From sequence record KP791805.1: a stretch of DNA of 36,051 bases, one strand, 5' to 3'. The DNA comes from Enterobacter phage E-2. The position numbers and the translations under genes are program-made. A model generated the notes under the pieces. It was not told the DNA's origin, did not search any database, and saw only the letters and a program-made list of their open reading frames with translations. This document shows positions 1 through 10,766 of this stretch, piece by piece; positions within the stretch are counted from its first letter, which is position 1; each line of letters opens with the position of its first letter.

Positions 1-638
1 TTATCAGGAGTGGTGTAGAAGGTGCGGTCAGCAGCCGGAACGTAGTTCTTGGTCAGAGATGCACGAGCGATGGTCAACTGAGCAATAATCGCTTTACCCA
101 GCTCAACCGGGTCAGTCAGGTCGCCAGTGGTCGGCTTAACCAGAGTCAGTACGGTAGGCTTACCGAGACCCTCGATGTTCTCATTGGAGGCGTCCGGCAG
201 GTTAACCAGACCAGCCAGTTCAGCCAGTACAGCACCGTCAGCCGCCATCGCCAGAGATTCACCCAACTGTGCGGTGTACTCAGCGCGAACGTCGTAGTGG
301 TTCATCGCGTCCTCAATGTCGTAAATCAGAACGTCCGCAGTCAGCAGGCCATCAATGTGGATTACCTTCTCGGTGTGTTTGATATCCTTACGTTTGTCAT
401 CGAGGTTCTCACCCGGTTTCAGGTAAGCAGCTTTGGTGCGACCAATCACAGGGAACTGTGCGGACTTACCGGAAGCAATAGAGCGCAGCATGTGACGAGG
501 CATTGTCACGGAGGTGCGAGCGAAAGCAGTCAGGACTTCACCACCGAACACTTTCAGGAACAGCGCCAATTTGTCCGCTGCGGACTGACCCTTACCCTGA
601 TTAGTACCAATTTGCTGTCCGCCTTGAATGTTAGCCAT
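1..638 (-). CDS. gp10A: Major capsid protein 10A, N-terminal part (212 codons + 2 nt). The gene continues at the window end (35643..36051) because the assembly is circularly permuted.
   Basis: ATG at 636-638 preceded by AAGGAG. Hand translation MANIQGGQQIGTNQGKGQSAADKLALFLKVFGGEVLTAFARTS... is closely similar to the T7/T3 gp10 N-terminus. It runs off the window start without a stop. Confidence 0.9.
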   Translation of the reverse strand, partial: MANIQGGQQIGTNQGKGQSAADKLALFLKVFGGEVLTAFARTSVTMPRHMLRSIASGKSAQFPVIGRTKAAYLKPGENLDDKRKDIKHTEKVIHIDGLLTADVLIYDIEDAMNHYDVRAEYTAQLGESLAMAADGAVLAELAGLVNLPDASNENIEGLGKPTVLTLVKPTTGDLTDPVELGKAIIAQLTIARASLTKNYVPAADRTFYTTPD

Positions 639-773
639 GTTGAATCTCCTTATGTTAATTTAAAGAAAAGTTTGGTTACTACTTGAATCGAGTTGGTTCT
701 CAATGTTTAACCTACGGGAGTGACCACAAAGTTCTGTGCTCAGGTGATTCAACCATTGTAGTCATCTATGGTC

Positions 774-796
774 TCTCCCTTTAGTGAGGGTTAATT
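774..796 (-). promoter_or_regulatory. T3-type phage RNAP promoter, phi10 position. Perfect consensus 23-mer.
   Basis: tctccctttagtgagggttaatt is the reverse complement of AATTAACCCTCACTAAAGGGAGA. It overlaps the gene 9 stop, as in T7. Confidence 0.85.
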
Positions 797-1727
797 AGAA
801 ACTGGAGTCGATAACCTTCTGTTCTACCATTTGACGGTAGGCAGCATCACTACGGTAACGCGGGTCACTCATAGCTTTAATCATCTCAGCCTGATTCGTA
901 AAGCCCTCTTTCTGACGAGCTACAGGTTTAACCGGAGTAGCACGCTTGGTAACACTACGGTTTGCGGGCTTACCGAATTTCTTCGTGTAACTCTCACCAG
1001 CCAGATTGATAATTGCTTTGACAGTCGCCAAGTCTCTGTTCATCATGGCAGTCTCAAGGGACTCAGCCGCAGCCGGGTTTGTTGCTTCAAGGTGCGTATG
1101 GATTGCGCTAAAGCGCTCCTTACCACCAGCAAAGGCAACTACCTGATTGACGTACTGGTCTACAAGGGCTTCCTGACCGGAGATGTAGGAGTCCACAAAG
1201 GCACGACTATAGCCAGCAGCTTCGAGTTCCGCGTAGGATTTCTCAGAGATACCATCGGCTTCATACTCTTCGTAGATTCGGGTCACAGAGTCTGCGCTCA
1301 GTCCACGCTCAACGGCCTGCTCGACCATCGCCTGAAAGCCTTCTTCGTGCTGGCCCAACTGCTCAGTCACTTGACTTAGTTCCTCCGGGGTATCACCCAG
1401 CGGTTCAAACTCATCGGCTTCACCTTCGGTCTCCACCTCAGCGTTATCGCTACCAGTGTCGAACTCAGCTTCACTACCATCTTCACTGATACGAACCTGA
1501 ATACGGCCCTCATCATCCTCGCCCTCAGCGAACGGGTCTACACCGGATGCATATGGGTCATCGTTATGGGAACTCGGTTCCTCGCTAAGTACGATTGCAT
1601 CATCGCCATCACGGGCAGCAACATCGAGACTCAGCATATTCTGTTCGTGTTCAGTAGGTGTACTTCCGGTCATTACCGCGTTGTTCACACCGAAGGACGC
1701 ATAAACGTCTGCATTAGATTCAGCCAT
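795..1727 (-). CDS. gp9: Capsid assembly (scaffolding) protein gp9
   Basis: 310-aa acidic protein positioned between the portal and capsid genes. Length and composition match T7 gp9 (307 aa). Confidence 0.9.
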   Translation of the reverse strand: MAESNADVYASFGVNNAVMTGSTPTEHEQNMLSLDVAARDGDDAIVLSEEPSSHNDDPYASGVDPFAEGEDDEGRIQVRISEDGSEAEFDTGSDNAEVETEGEADEFEPLGDTPEELSQVTEQLGQHEEGFQAMVEQAVERGLSADSVTRIYEEYEADGISEKSYAELEAAGYSRAFVDSYISGQEALVDQYVNQVVAFAGGKERFSAIHTHLEATNPAAAESLETAMMNRDLATVKAIINLAGESYTKKFGKPANRSVTKRATPVKPVARQKEGFTNQAEMIKAMSDPRYRSDAAYRQMVEQKVIDSSF

Positions 1728-1808
1728 TGTTAAATCTCCTAAGTTGTTAAAGATAAAGGGAAACCAAAGGACTCCAACCTTTAGTCATCGCTCATTTCAA
1801 AGATGAGG

Positions 1809-1831
1809 TCTCCCTTTAGTGAGGGTTATTA
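1809..1831 (-). promoter_or_regulatory. T3-type phage promoter, phi9 position
   Basis: tctccctttagtgagggttatta overlaps the gene 8 stop codon. Confidence 0.8.
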
Positions 1832-3436
1832 GGTGGCGTCTAGGCCAGCCTGTGCTGCTGCACCCTGCATAGCTTCTGGACTTGAGGTCGCTAGAGCACC
1901 CACACCAGCACCACCAGTGGCGGCAGCGTTCTCGATACCTGTTTGGGCCGCATCCTGCATCATCAGTGCTTGCTTCTGCTCGTCCGTCAGTAGGATACCA
2001 GAAGTATCAATACCAATGGCGTTAGCAATGCGCAGCTTAATGACAGCAAGGTTAATGTCCGGGTCTCCCTGCATAGGAGCCAGAGCAGCCCAAGCGGAGA
2101 TACAGCGCTCCAGCTTATCGAGGTCTTGACCACGCCCGATTGCTTCCAGACCTGTACTGATAGTAGGCTCAACGGCTTCTTTCGGTAGCTCAGGAATCTG
2201 CGAGGTTGCTTGGAGTTGCTTCAAGAGCACACGAACCAGAGGCAATTGCAGTTCTTGAGACAGAATCGAATAGACGCCACCAAGCGTATCTTCCAGTTCT
2301 GACGCAACGTATCGAATCTCTTCGGCGGTCACACGTTCACCTGTTCGCTGTACCGCAGAGTTCAACATAAAGGCATACGATAAACGTGCTTCTATCTGGT
2401 CACTCACAGCTTTCGCTACGGTAAAGTCAGCTTGCTTCTCCAGTTGCAGGAAGTCAATATCTTCTCGACGACCCGGAACGAAGTCACCAGTCTGAGCCTT
2501 GGTTAATCGACGCGGTTGTGTAATACCAGCAGGGTTGACCAGACCGATGACCTTCGCACTAATCATGCTCATCTTAACGATAGCCTCTTGGAGATTCTCA
2601 AGAGACCTTAAGTCACCTAAGTATTCTTCACAGTATGAGCGACCGTAAGACTCGCCATCAATGCGAACCATGCGAACCGGAATGTAGGGCATAGCGTCAG
2701 TCGGATAAGTGGCATCAGAGCCATCAATCTCAACGTCCTCTACTTCCTCGTACTTGAGGTAATCGCCGGACTCTTCATCGAGATACACATGGGTATACAC
2801 ATCGACCATTTCGTCCATCTTCTTCTCGCCACCAGCTTTCTCTACCGCAGACCGAACGTCTTCCGGGAGAGCACCAAAGGCTATCTGGTCACGAGTGACA
2901 ATCTGTAACACATTGCCGTATGCGTCTCTTTGGACAACATAAGAAGACAATCGGTACAGCTTCATCGGATTGTAGCTACCTTCGGGTTCCGGTAAGTAAA
3001 GCAGGGCGTTACCAGCCACGATTAACTGCTTGAGGCACTCAAAGAGTGTCACACGGTAACTGTTGGATTCGATATAATTCATGATAATACGCTCAACCAT
3101 AGACAGACCTTCGTCCACCTTAGCGAGTCCAGCAGGGTCTCCAACAAGCTGCTTCGCCTCATATTCACTAATGGTCAGCTTCATCCACGACTGCATCGGG
3201 AATAGTGCCAGCATTAATTTAGAGGCCAGATTGTTAAGACCCCGCGCACCTACAGCCTGCCACGGAGTCGTGTAGTCGGTAGATTCGTTATCGGACTCCT
3301 TCGGGAACAAGGACGGAATGGTGTATTGCGCACAGTTTTCCGCACGAGTCTCATAGGCTCTACGGTCGTTAGTTAGGCGGTCATAGGTAGCTTTAGCACC
3401 GTCTTCTCCTAGGCCTGTACGTTTTGAATCAGCCAT
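1829..3436 (-). CDS. gp8: Head-tail connector (portal) protein gp8
   Basis: 535 aa. The translation MADSKRTGLGEDGAK...NCAQYTIPSLFPK... is almost collinear with T7 gp8 (536 aa). Confidence 0.95.
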   Translation of the reverse strand: MADSKRTGLGEDGAKATYDRLTNDRRAYETRAENCAQYTIPSLFPKESDNESTDYTTPWQAVGARGLNNLASKLMLALFPMQSWMKLTISEYEAKQLVGDPAGLAKVDEGLSMVERIIMNYIESNSYRVTLFECLKQLIVAGNALLYLPEPEGSYNPMKLYRLSSYVVQRDAYGNVLQIVTRDQIAFGALPEDVRSAVEKAGGEKKMDEMVDVYTHVYLDEESGDYLKYEEVEDVEIDGSDATYPTDAMPYIPVRMVRIDGESYGRSYCEEYLGDLRSLENLQEAIVKMSMISAKVIGLVNPAGITQPRRLTKAQTGDFVPGRREDIDFLQLEKQADFTVAKAVSDQIEARLSYAFMLNSAVQRTGERVTAEEIRYVASELEDTLGGVYSILSQELQLPLVRVLLKQLQATSQIPELPKEAVEPTISTGLEAIGRGQDLDKLERCISAWAALAPMQGDPDINLAVIKLRIANAIGIDTSGILLTDEQKQALMMQDAAQTGIENAAATGGAGVGALATSSPEAMQGAAAQAGLDAT

Positions 3437-3446
3437 TCAGTCCTCC

Positions 3447-3767
3447 TCAGATATTGATTCCACCGCCTGAACTGCGAGCTACGCTAAGTGCCTTCTTACC
3501 CCCAGCGCGTGCCTTCTTACGTGCGCTCTCGGTTTGCGCCTCATCCTCGCCCTCAGCCTTATCCTGTTCAGGTACGTCTACAATCTGTGCTGGTGGCGGT
3601 GCAGCTACTACTGGTGCTGGAGCCTCTTGTTGGATAATCTCCTGCTTACCTGCACCCAGCGCGCCTCCAACAACCTTACCAACTTCCTTACCTGCCTTCT
3701 CGACTGGTCTGCTAACTTCCTTCACAACTTTCTTAACAGCCTTATTGATTTTCTTGAAGAATCCCAT
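3447..3767 (-). CDS. gp7.3: Tail/host-range protein gp7.3
   Basis: 106 aa. MGFFKK...DEAQTESARKKARAGGKKALSVARSSGGGINI matches the T7 gp7.3 C-terminus. Confidence 0.85.
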   Translation of the reverse strand: MGFFKKINKAVKKVVKEVSRPVEKAGKEVGKVVGGALGAGKQEIIQQEAPAPVVAAPPPAQIVDVPEQDKAEGEDEAQTESARKKARAGGKKALSVARSSGGGINI

Positions 3768-3794
3768 GATGTTTCTCCCTATGCTATGACTCAG

Positions 3795-4046
3795 TTACCC
3801 AAACGCCTTGGAGCGAATGGAGGATTTACTCTTGTTCTTGGCTGCGCTGTCATCCAGCTTTACCTTTAGACTGCTCTTGCCGCTGCTCGGTGTGGTTGGC
3901 ACCTCAGAGGAAGACACGCTGGTGTCCTCGTCATCATCGCCTCCCCATACCACAGACTTCGGAGGTTCAGTCAAAGGTGCTGGTTCAGCAGCGCGAATCT
4001 GGTTAGTGTCCATCTTAGGGACTTTCACCTTCGGTTTCCAGCACAT
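3795..4046 (-). CDS. gp6.7: Virion protein gp6.7
   Basis: 83 aa. MCWKPKVKVPKMDTNQIRAAEPAPL... matches T7 gp6.7 (MCFSPKIKTPKMDTNQIRAVEPAPL). Confidence 0.8.
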   Translation of the reverse strand: MCWKPKVKVPKMDTNQIRAAEPAPLTEPPKSVVWGGDDDEDTSVSSSEVPTTPSSGKSSLKVKLDDSAAKNKSKSSIRSKAFG

Positions 4047-4050
4047 ATAA

Positions 4051-4296
4051 TTACTCCTGTCTCAGTTGCTCTTTACGCACCTCAATCTCATCAAGTGTAC
4101 GAGAGGCAAGGTACAGACCATGCATCACACCAGCAATGAAAGACTCAGAGTAGCCAGCAGCGCGTAGCGCACGGTACTCCCCGGACTCCATCACATAGGT
4201 CTGATTGAAGCGCACCTGTAGATACTCTTTAGCTGCACGAGGCATACTAGGAATATCATCGGGATGAGTTAAAACATGATTAATTGGTTGTAACAT
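4051..4296 (-). CDS. gp6.5: gp6.5 (conserved T7-group protein of unknown function)
   Basis: 81 aa. MLQPINHVLTHPDDIPSMPRAAKEYLQVRFNQTY... is near-identical to T7 gp6.5. Confidence 0.75.
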   Translation of the reverse strand: MLQPINHVLTHPDDIPSMPRAAKEYLQVRFNQTYVMESGEYRALRAAGYSESFIAGVMHGLYLASRTLDEIEVRKEQLRQE

Positions 4297-4325
4297 AATT
4301 TCACCTCTTAAGGTTAAGTCTTAAA

Positions 4326-4395
4326 GTAATAATCATAAAGGCTCCCTCTTCCCTTTAGTGAGGGTTAATACAGAGAGCCTTGAGTTTATCACTTA
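4326..4395 (-). promoter_or_regulatory. R6.5-like RNase III processing site. Copy of the conserved bipartite element (aatcataaaggc ... ccttgagtttatcac), with the phi6.5 promoter nested between the two halves.
   Basis: Motif atcataaaggctccc at 4333-4346 and ccttgagtttatcac at 4378-4392. The same bipartite motif recurs at 8236, 15596, 18715 and 22566, at positions matching the T7 R sites. Confidence 0.45.
4348..4370 (-). promoter_or_regulatory. T3-type phage promoter, phi6.5 position (variant GGGAAG start)
   Basis: cttccctttagtgagggttaata. Confidence 0.75.
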
Positions 4396-4502
4396 ATCTC
4401 GGAGTCTCGCTTCACGTCTCGGACTATGAGAGCGAACATCCAGAGACCTCGCGCCAGCATACCTACCAGCACAGCGATGGTAATCAACTTCGCGGCGTCC
4501 AT
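4389..4502 (-). CDS. gp6.3: gp6.3-like small hydrophobic protein (37 aa)
   Basis: ATG at 4500-4502. The translation is [37 protein letters not shown]. It has the same position and size as T7 gene 6.3 (37 aa). It overlaps the gene 6 stop by 19 nt. It is absent from the ORF track because it is shorter than 60 aa. Confidence 0.5.
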   Translation of the reverse strand: MDAAKLITIAVLVGMLARGLWMFALIVRDVKRDSEIK

Positions 4503-5395
4503 AAGTAAATCTCCTTGTCAATGTAATTGTATTCCTCGAAGCGAAGAATGCGTGCCATCTGGCCTTGCTTAATGATTTCCTGTTCGGTCATCCCAGCTTT
4601 GGCACCAATGGATTTAATGCAGTCCCACAGCGTCTCAGTCGCATCAGGAGCACGCTTCACCCACTTGGTTACTGTCTGCCCCTTGTTCTTACCAGACTTC
4701 AACACGGACTCTACAGGCTCCACAATGAACGGGTCATTCAGGAAACCTTCTGCCGTATCGCCCCAGCCGGGAATCCCGGAGTAGCCATCAGTCATATCAC
4801 CCTTGATGGTCTGGAAGAGATGCCACCAATCAGCGGTCTCTTTGGTCTGCGTCAAGATGTTACCAGTGGTACACCACAGGAAGTCAACGTCAGGTATAGT
4901 CTTGAAGTCCTTGTCACAGGAGACCAACACAGCTTTCTTGAAGCCGAAGACCTCGTGACCAGACCCAATGATACCCATAACGTCATCACCTTCCAGCATG
5001 TCCTCTTTGATGTGAATGAACTCATCGCGCTCCCACAGCTTCGACAGGAAGTCACGGTATCCTACAGGCTTACGGGTCGCCTTACGGTTCTCCTTATAGG
5101 TCTCATCAACCAGTACCTTACGCCAGTTCACATCGTCGGTATACGCCAGAACAACCATAGCGTCACTCCAAGCCTTCTTACGGGTTCGGTACGATTCTAT
5201 TGCAGAATCGAGAATGCTCCGTGCCTTAGCGTGGTCACACTCAAGAGTCCAAATGTCGTCTCCCCAATCCGTCTCAACTTCGGCAGCAGCCATTGACTGA
5301 TATACCAACCAGTCACCATCCATGACCAGCACTCCCTTCTCCATAGGCTTACCTTCACGCATCTCCGCGAAGTCTTTCAATGTGATTGGGCTCAT
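4484..5395 (-). CDS. gp6: 5'-3' exonuclease gp6
   Basis: 303 aa. [17 protein letters not shown]...[10 protein letters not shown]... is collinear with T7 gene 6 exonuclease (300 aa; FEN/PIN family). Confidence 0.95.
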   Translation of the reverse strand: MSPITLKDFAEMREGKPMEKGVLVMDGDWLVYQSMAAAEVETDWGDDIWTLECDHAKARSILDSAIESYRTRKKAWSDAMVVLAYTDDVNWRKVLVDETYKENRKATRKPVGYRDFLSKLWERDEFIHIKEDMLEGDDVMGIIGSGHEVFGFKKAVLVSCDKDFKTIPDVDFLWCTTGNILTQTKETADWWHLFQTIKGDMTDGYSGIPGWGDTAEGFLNDPFIVEPVESVLKSGKNKGQTVTKWVKRAPDATETLWDCIKSIGAKAGMTEQEIIKQGQMARILRFEEYNYIDKEIYLWTPRS

Positions 5396-5574
5396 TCGTC
5401 ATCCTCCCCGTAAACCATTTCGACTGCATCAGAGTATCCGTCCCAATTATCCACACCACACGCCTTAAGCGCATTCAGGAACTCTAGGTCTTTCTCCAGC
5501 TTATCAATGTACGCGCTAACATCGTTCCACGCATCACGGGTCATCGTTACGGTGTCACTCTTAGGCATAATCAT
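5392..5574 (-). CDS. gp5.9: gp5.9, RecBCD inhibitor homolog. Start taken at the ATG that overlaps the gp5.7 stop (ATGA).
   Basis: The core ...MTRDAWNDVSAYIDKLEKD... aligns with T7 gp5.9 (MSRDLVTIPRDVWNDIQGYIDSLERE). The track ORF (5392..5628) extends upstream into gene 5.7, which is unlikely. ATG 5572-5574 overlaps the 5.7 TGA, and the stop overlaps the gene 6 ATG. Confidence 0.6.
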   Translation of the reverse strand: MIMPKSDTVTMTRDAWNDVSAYIDKLEKDLEFLNALKACGVDNWDGYSDAVEMVYGEDDE

Positions 5575-5780
5575 ACGCAACCTCCCATTCGTTTCAGGAA
5601 GCGCACACCAGAGGCTGTGACCTCCCATGCTCCACCATTGCGACCGCCCACAGTCAAACAGCTAATATGTCCACGAGAAGCGGCCTCAGCTACGAGAGCC
5701 GCATTGTTTCGCACATAGTTCGACTGAAAGGACTTAGGGCAGCCTTTGATAGCTGCCAGAACTTTCAGGTATTCACTCAT
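5571..5780 (-). CDS. gp5.7: gp5.7 (host stationary-phase / sigma-S related inhibitor in T7)
   Basis: 69 aa. MSEYLKVLAAIKGCPKSFQSNYVRNNAALVAEAASRGHISCLT... is near-identical to T7 gp5.7. Confidence 0.85.
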   Translation of the reverse strand: MSEYLKVLAAIKGCPKSFQSNYVRNNAALVAEAASRGHISCLTVGGRNGGAWEVTASGVRFLKRMGGCV

Positions 5781-6079
5781 TTGAACACCTCGCGTACAGT
5801 AGCGGGAGACAGCTTGAAGCAGTCCTTATCGGAATACTCTTTGTGCATGTCTTTGATAGCCTCACGGAAAGACGACCGCACAATGAAGGCCATCACCCCC
5901 TCCATACCATACGTCAGGAACTGGACAATCATCTCTTTCTGTTTACCATTGGGGACGATAGCGCCTGAGCCAACCTGCTTACACAGGTGCAGAATGTCTT
6001 TCTCCAAGGCTGCCTGAACGTCAGACGGCATCTTAGCGGTAACGTCGAAGGACACTTTAAATTTCTTGGTCATTGCCAT
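5777..6079 (-). CDS. gp5.5: gp5.5 (H-NS-binding protein in T7)
   Basis: 100 aa. MAMTKKFKVSFDVTAKMPSD... is near-identical to T7 gp5.5. Confidence 0.85.
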   Translation of the reverse strand: MAMTKKFKVSFDVTAKMPSDVQAALEKDILHLCKQVGSGAIVPNGKQKEMIVQFLTYGMEGVMAFIVRSSFREAIKDMHKEYSDKDCFKLSPATVREVFK

Positions 6080-6095
6080 AATGTTTCTCCTACTG

Positions 6096-8210
6096 TTAGT
6101 GGCAGACGGCCCAATTTGACCCCATCTTACCTTCGGTATCTAAACGACAACGGAAAGCCCAATGCTCTCCGACCCAACGCATAGCTTCCTGCGCGGTGTC
6201 AATAACAATCTGAGCGATGTGCTCTGTACGGCAGGCCACCTGAATCTCATCGTGAACCCAAGCCATGTACGCAAAGTCACCATCCCAGCCATGCTTCAAG
6301 CCTTTCTCAATGAGCATCTCTTCGGTCTTGATAATCCACAGCTTACAAATCAGAGCACCAGCAGACTGCAACAATGTGTTGAGCGCTGCGTGTGGAGACC
6401 TGACGTGAACCTTGCGACCATCCAGACCTTTAATCCAACGGCGCTTCCACTGTACTTTCTGCTCACCACCAATCCAAGCGGAAGACTTAACGAGAGACTG
6501 TTGGATAGCTTCTCGTAGCGCTGCAATCGCCGGGGTGTTCTCTAAGAATTTCTTCTTGAGTTCCTTCCCGCGCTCCTTCCCGGCCCCAACAATCTGACCA
6601 ATCTTCTCATCTCCGGCTCCGTAAAGGAACCCGTAAATGAATGTCTTGGCGTTGTCGCGCGTTGGGAGTTCCGCAGCGTTCTGGTTCTTGGTGTGAATGT
6701 CACCGTTGAGAATCTCATTCGCATACTCTCCGTTGTCGAAGCGAGCCATGAAGTGTGCCAGACAGCGCAACTCTAAGCCACTGGCGTCTATCCCCGCTTG
6801 CACCCACGGCTTGCCAGTAATCCCATCCAAATGATGTTCAGCACCAAAAGCGCTACGACACTGCTCCCCGTAAGGAGAACGAACGCCGGGTACTTGTGCA
6901 AGGTTTGGGAAACTATGAGTAGCACGACCAGTAACTGCACCGTTAGGGTTAACGGCTCCGTGAATCTTACCATCATCTTGAACATAACGTAACCACGCCT
7001 TGTCACCCTCTGCCGCCTGACCGATTCGCTTCTGAATCATCAGGTACTCTTTAATCAAGTCAATGCACGCCTGCTTCTCAGGGTCATCCACTCGTACATG
7101 CTCCAAGACCTCATCGTCCACCACAGGCGCACCCTTCTCGGTGAACTTCTCAGGCACCCATCCGGCCTCCTGTAGTTTCTTCTGAATGTGGTCACGGCTA
7201 CTCGGCTTGAACGTAACGAACTCGACCGGAGTATACGGAGCACCCTCCATGTAATCCCTCGTGTCCAAGTCGCAAGGTTCAAGGCCTTCGCGCTGTGCCT
7301 TATTACGAGGCTTCTTGTACACGCCACCCTGTTTCGGATAGACCACGCGAGGATAACTCGGAAGTGGTTTTCCTGTCCGTGGGTGCTTGAAGAGTTCCTT
7401 ACCACCTTTCGGTTGATACCACGAGCCAAACGTTTCGGTTAACTTTCGCAGAAGTTCGGCGCGTTTCGCTGCCAATTCTACATAAAGTTCCTCAATGGCC
7501 TGTGTGTTGAACGGGAAGCCGTTACGCTCCTGCTTCGCTAATAGCCACGCTGCACGATGTTCAATATCCACAGACTCGCCAGCTTCTCGCCAGAATAAAT
7601 CCGCATCGTACTTCGTGAAGTCCATACCAGCAGGGAAGTAGTGGAGGTCTGTAAGGAATTTCTCTAAGAGCTTGACAGTGACCACAACGTCTTGAACGTT
7701 ATACGCCATCATCGGCTCGTTGAACGAAACCCACTCAGCACCATCAACATACTCTTCGCCCTGCTCTTCTAGCATAGCCTTGAAGTCGTCCTTGTATTCA
7801 CCTTTCATCTCGCCCAAGCGATAACCCCATGCCTCCAGAGCGTGAGACCCGAAGCGACGACCTGGTAGTTTCCCGGAACGAAGAAGCCCCATGTCTGTGT
7901 CTTTAAGGTTCGCATGAAGTAAACGCGAGAGTACCAATGTGTCAATACAATTCTCACGTGGTAACTTGAAGTCACGATTGAGTTGCAGCTTTGCGAGTTT
8001 CTCTAAAGCCGGAACGTCATACTTGTGACCGTTATGGAAAACAATAAGCCCACCTCGCTTCACCTCGGCTTCCAGCGCATCCAGATACGCCACGAAGTCG
8101 CCCGGACGATAACTATGATACTCACCATCACGGTAGTCATAGATAACGCCACAGTGAAACTTGGTGACTTTCTCTAAGAGGTTGTTGGCCTCAATGTCAC
8201 TTACGAGCAT
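6096..8210 (-). CDS. gp5: DNA polymerase gp5 (family A, with 3'-5' exonuclease and thioredoxin-binding loop)
   Basis: 704 aa, the same length as T7 gp5. MLVSDIEANNLLEKVTKFHCGVIYDY... Pol I-type motifs are present (DYSQIELR-like, KTFIYGFLYGAG). Confidence 0.97.
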   Translation of the reverse strand: MLVSDIEANNLLEKVTKFHCGVIYDYRDGEYHSYRPGDFVAYLDALEAEVKRGGLIVFHNGHKYDVPALEKLAKLQLNRDFKLPRENCIDTLVLSRLLHANLKDTDMGLLRSGKLPGRRFGSHALEAWGYRLGEMKGEYKDDFKAMLEEQGEEYVDGAEWVSFNEPMMAYNVQDVVVTVKLLEKFLTDLHYFPAGMDFTKYDADLFWREAGESVDIEHRAAWLLAKQERNGFPFNTQAIEELYVELAAKRAELLRKLTETFGSWYQPKGGKELFKHPRTGKPLPSYPRVVYPKQGGVYKKPRNKAQREGLEPCDLDTRDYMEGAPYTPVEFVTFKPSSRDHIQKKLQEAGWVPEKFTEKGAPVVDDEVLEHVRVDDPEKQACIDLIKEYLMIQKRIGQAAEGDKAWLRYVQDDGKIHGAVNPNGAVTGRATHSFPNLAQVPGVRSPYGEQCRSAFGAEHHLDGITGKPWVQAGIDASGLELRCLAHFMARFDNGEYANEILNGDIHTKNQNAAELPTRDNAKTFIYGFLYGAGDEKIGQIVGAGKERGKELKKKFLENTPAIAALREAIQQSLVKSSAWIGGEQKVQWKRRWIKGLDGRKVHVRSPHAALNTLLQSAGALICKLWIIKTEEMLIEKGLKHGWDGDFAYMAWVHDEIQVACRTEHIAQIVIDTAQEAMRWVGEHWAFRCRLDTEGKMGSNWAVCH

Positions 8211-8214
8211 AATG

Positions 8215-8280
8215 CCCTCCTTTGGTTTCGTGCTAAATGATAATCATAAAGGCCACCCTTGGGCGACCTTGAGTTTATCA
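8215..8280 (-). promoter_or_regulatory. R4.7-like RNase III site (conserved bipartite element)
   Basis: ataatcataaaggccaccc ... ccttgagtttatcac lies in the gene 5 / gene 4.5 intergenic space. Confidence 0.45.
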
Positions 8281-8562
8281 CTTCTCGATAATCTCTTGCA
8301 TACCAGCGCCGAACTCTACCAGACGCTCACGGGTATCACCGACCACCTTGTCAGCAGCCATAGTCAGGGCACCCATAAGGCGACCGACCTGCTTGTCATC
8401 CAATGTCATTCGTTGAGTGTGTGCTTTCGGAGACTTGTGGTCTTTCCAGCGGTAGACCATCGTGACCTTCTCGCCACGTACATTGATGTGTACTCGGCGG
8501 GAGAACTGGTCGGCGGTGTCTGGCAGGCGGATGGTGTTTGCGTGAGTGATTGACTTACTCAT
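8278..8562 (-). CDS. gp4.5-position hypothetical protein
   Basis: 94-aa ORF filling the slot between genes 4.3 and 5. It is called by position only; no recognisable motif. Confidence 0.55.
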   Translation of the reverse strand: MSKSITHANTIRLPDTADQFSRRVHINVRGEKVTMVYRWKDHKSPKAHTQRMTLDDKQVGRLMGALTMAADKVVGDTRERLVEFGAGMQEIIEK

Positions 8563-8574
8563 AGTGTTCGCTCC

Positions 8575-8787
8575 TTACTCAAAGAATTTGCTCATGGACT
8601 GTGCTTTTGCTGCAATCGCTGCCGACTTGTGGATGCCACTAACAGCCGCATCGGATTTCTCACGGGACTGTTTCGCCAACTCAATGGCTCGCTGTGAATC
8701 AGCTTTGGCCTTCTTGTCCAGCTTCTTGGCTTCGATGAAGTACAGTTTGACTACCAGCTTACCTAAAGCGTTAATGAATTTAAACAT
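8575..8787 (-). CDS. gp4.3: gp4.3
   Basis: 70 aa. MFKFINALGKLVVKLYFIEAKKLDKKAK...SKFFE matches T7 gp4.3 (MFKLIKKLGQLLVRMYNVEAKRLNDEAR...SKFFE). Confidence 0.75.
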   Translation of the reverse strand: MFKFINALGKLVVKLYFIEAKKLDKKAKADSQRAIELAKQSREKSDAAVSGIHKSAAIAAKAQSMSKFFE

Positions 8788-8812
8788 GGTGTGTCTCCTA
8801 TGGTTTGAGGTT

Positions 8813-8835
8813 GTTCCCGTTAGTGAGGGTTAATT
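8813..8835 (-). promoter_or_regulatory. T3-type phage promoter, phi4.3 position (class II variant, CTAACGGGAA)
   Basis: gttcccgttagtgagggttaatt. Confidence 0.7.
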
Positions 8836-8885
8836 AGTGGTACATTCCGCCATCACAGTCTGGATGACCGCAGTGGCACTGGTAC

Positions 8886-10601
<1,716 letters not shown>

Positions 10602-10633
10602 TCAATAGTGCGAACAAAGGGACAACATTATGT

Positions 10634-10656
10634 CATCCCTTTAGTGAGTGTTAATT
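10634..10656 (-). promoter_or_regulatory. T3-type phage promoter, phi4 position (variant GAGTG in the recognition region)
   Basis: catccctttagtgagtgttaatt. Confidence 0.65.
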
Positions 10657-10762
10657 ATTCCTCTGTGTGTTCCTCCGCCTTGATTGGGTCTTTGCACTGA
10701 CACTGACGTGACGGTACACGACTCTTCAACGGCTTATCACAGCGAATACAAATCATCCTCAT
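10655..10762 (-). CDS. Small Cys-rich ORF (35 aa, CxxC...CxC) in the gene 3.7/3.8 slot
   Basis: ATG 10760-10762 is preceded by GAGGGTGATAC. The translation is MRMICIRCDKPLKSRVPSRQCQCKDPIKAEEHTEE. The stop overlaps the phi4 promoter. It is shorter than 60 aa, so it is not in the track. Confidence 0.4.
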   Translation of the reverse strand: MRMICIRCDKPLKSRVPSRQCQCKDPIKAEEHTEE

Positions 10763-10766
10763 GGTA

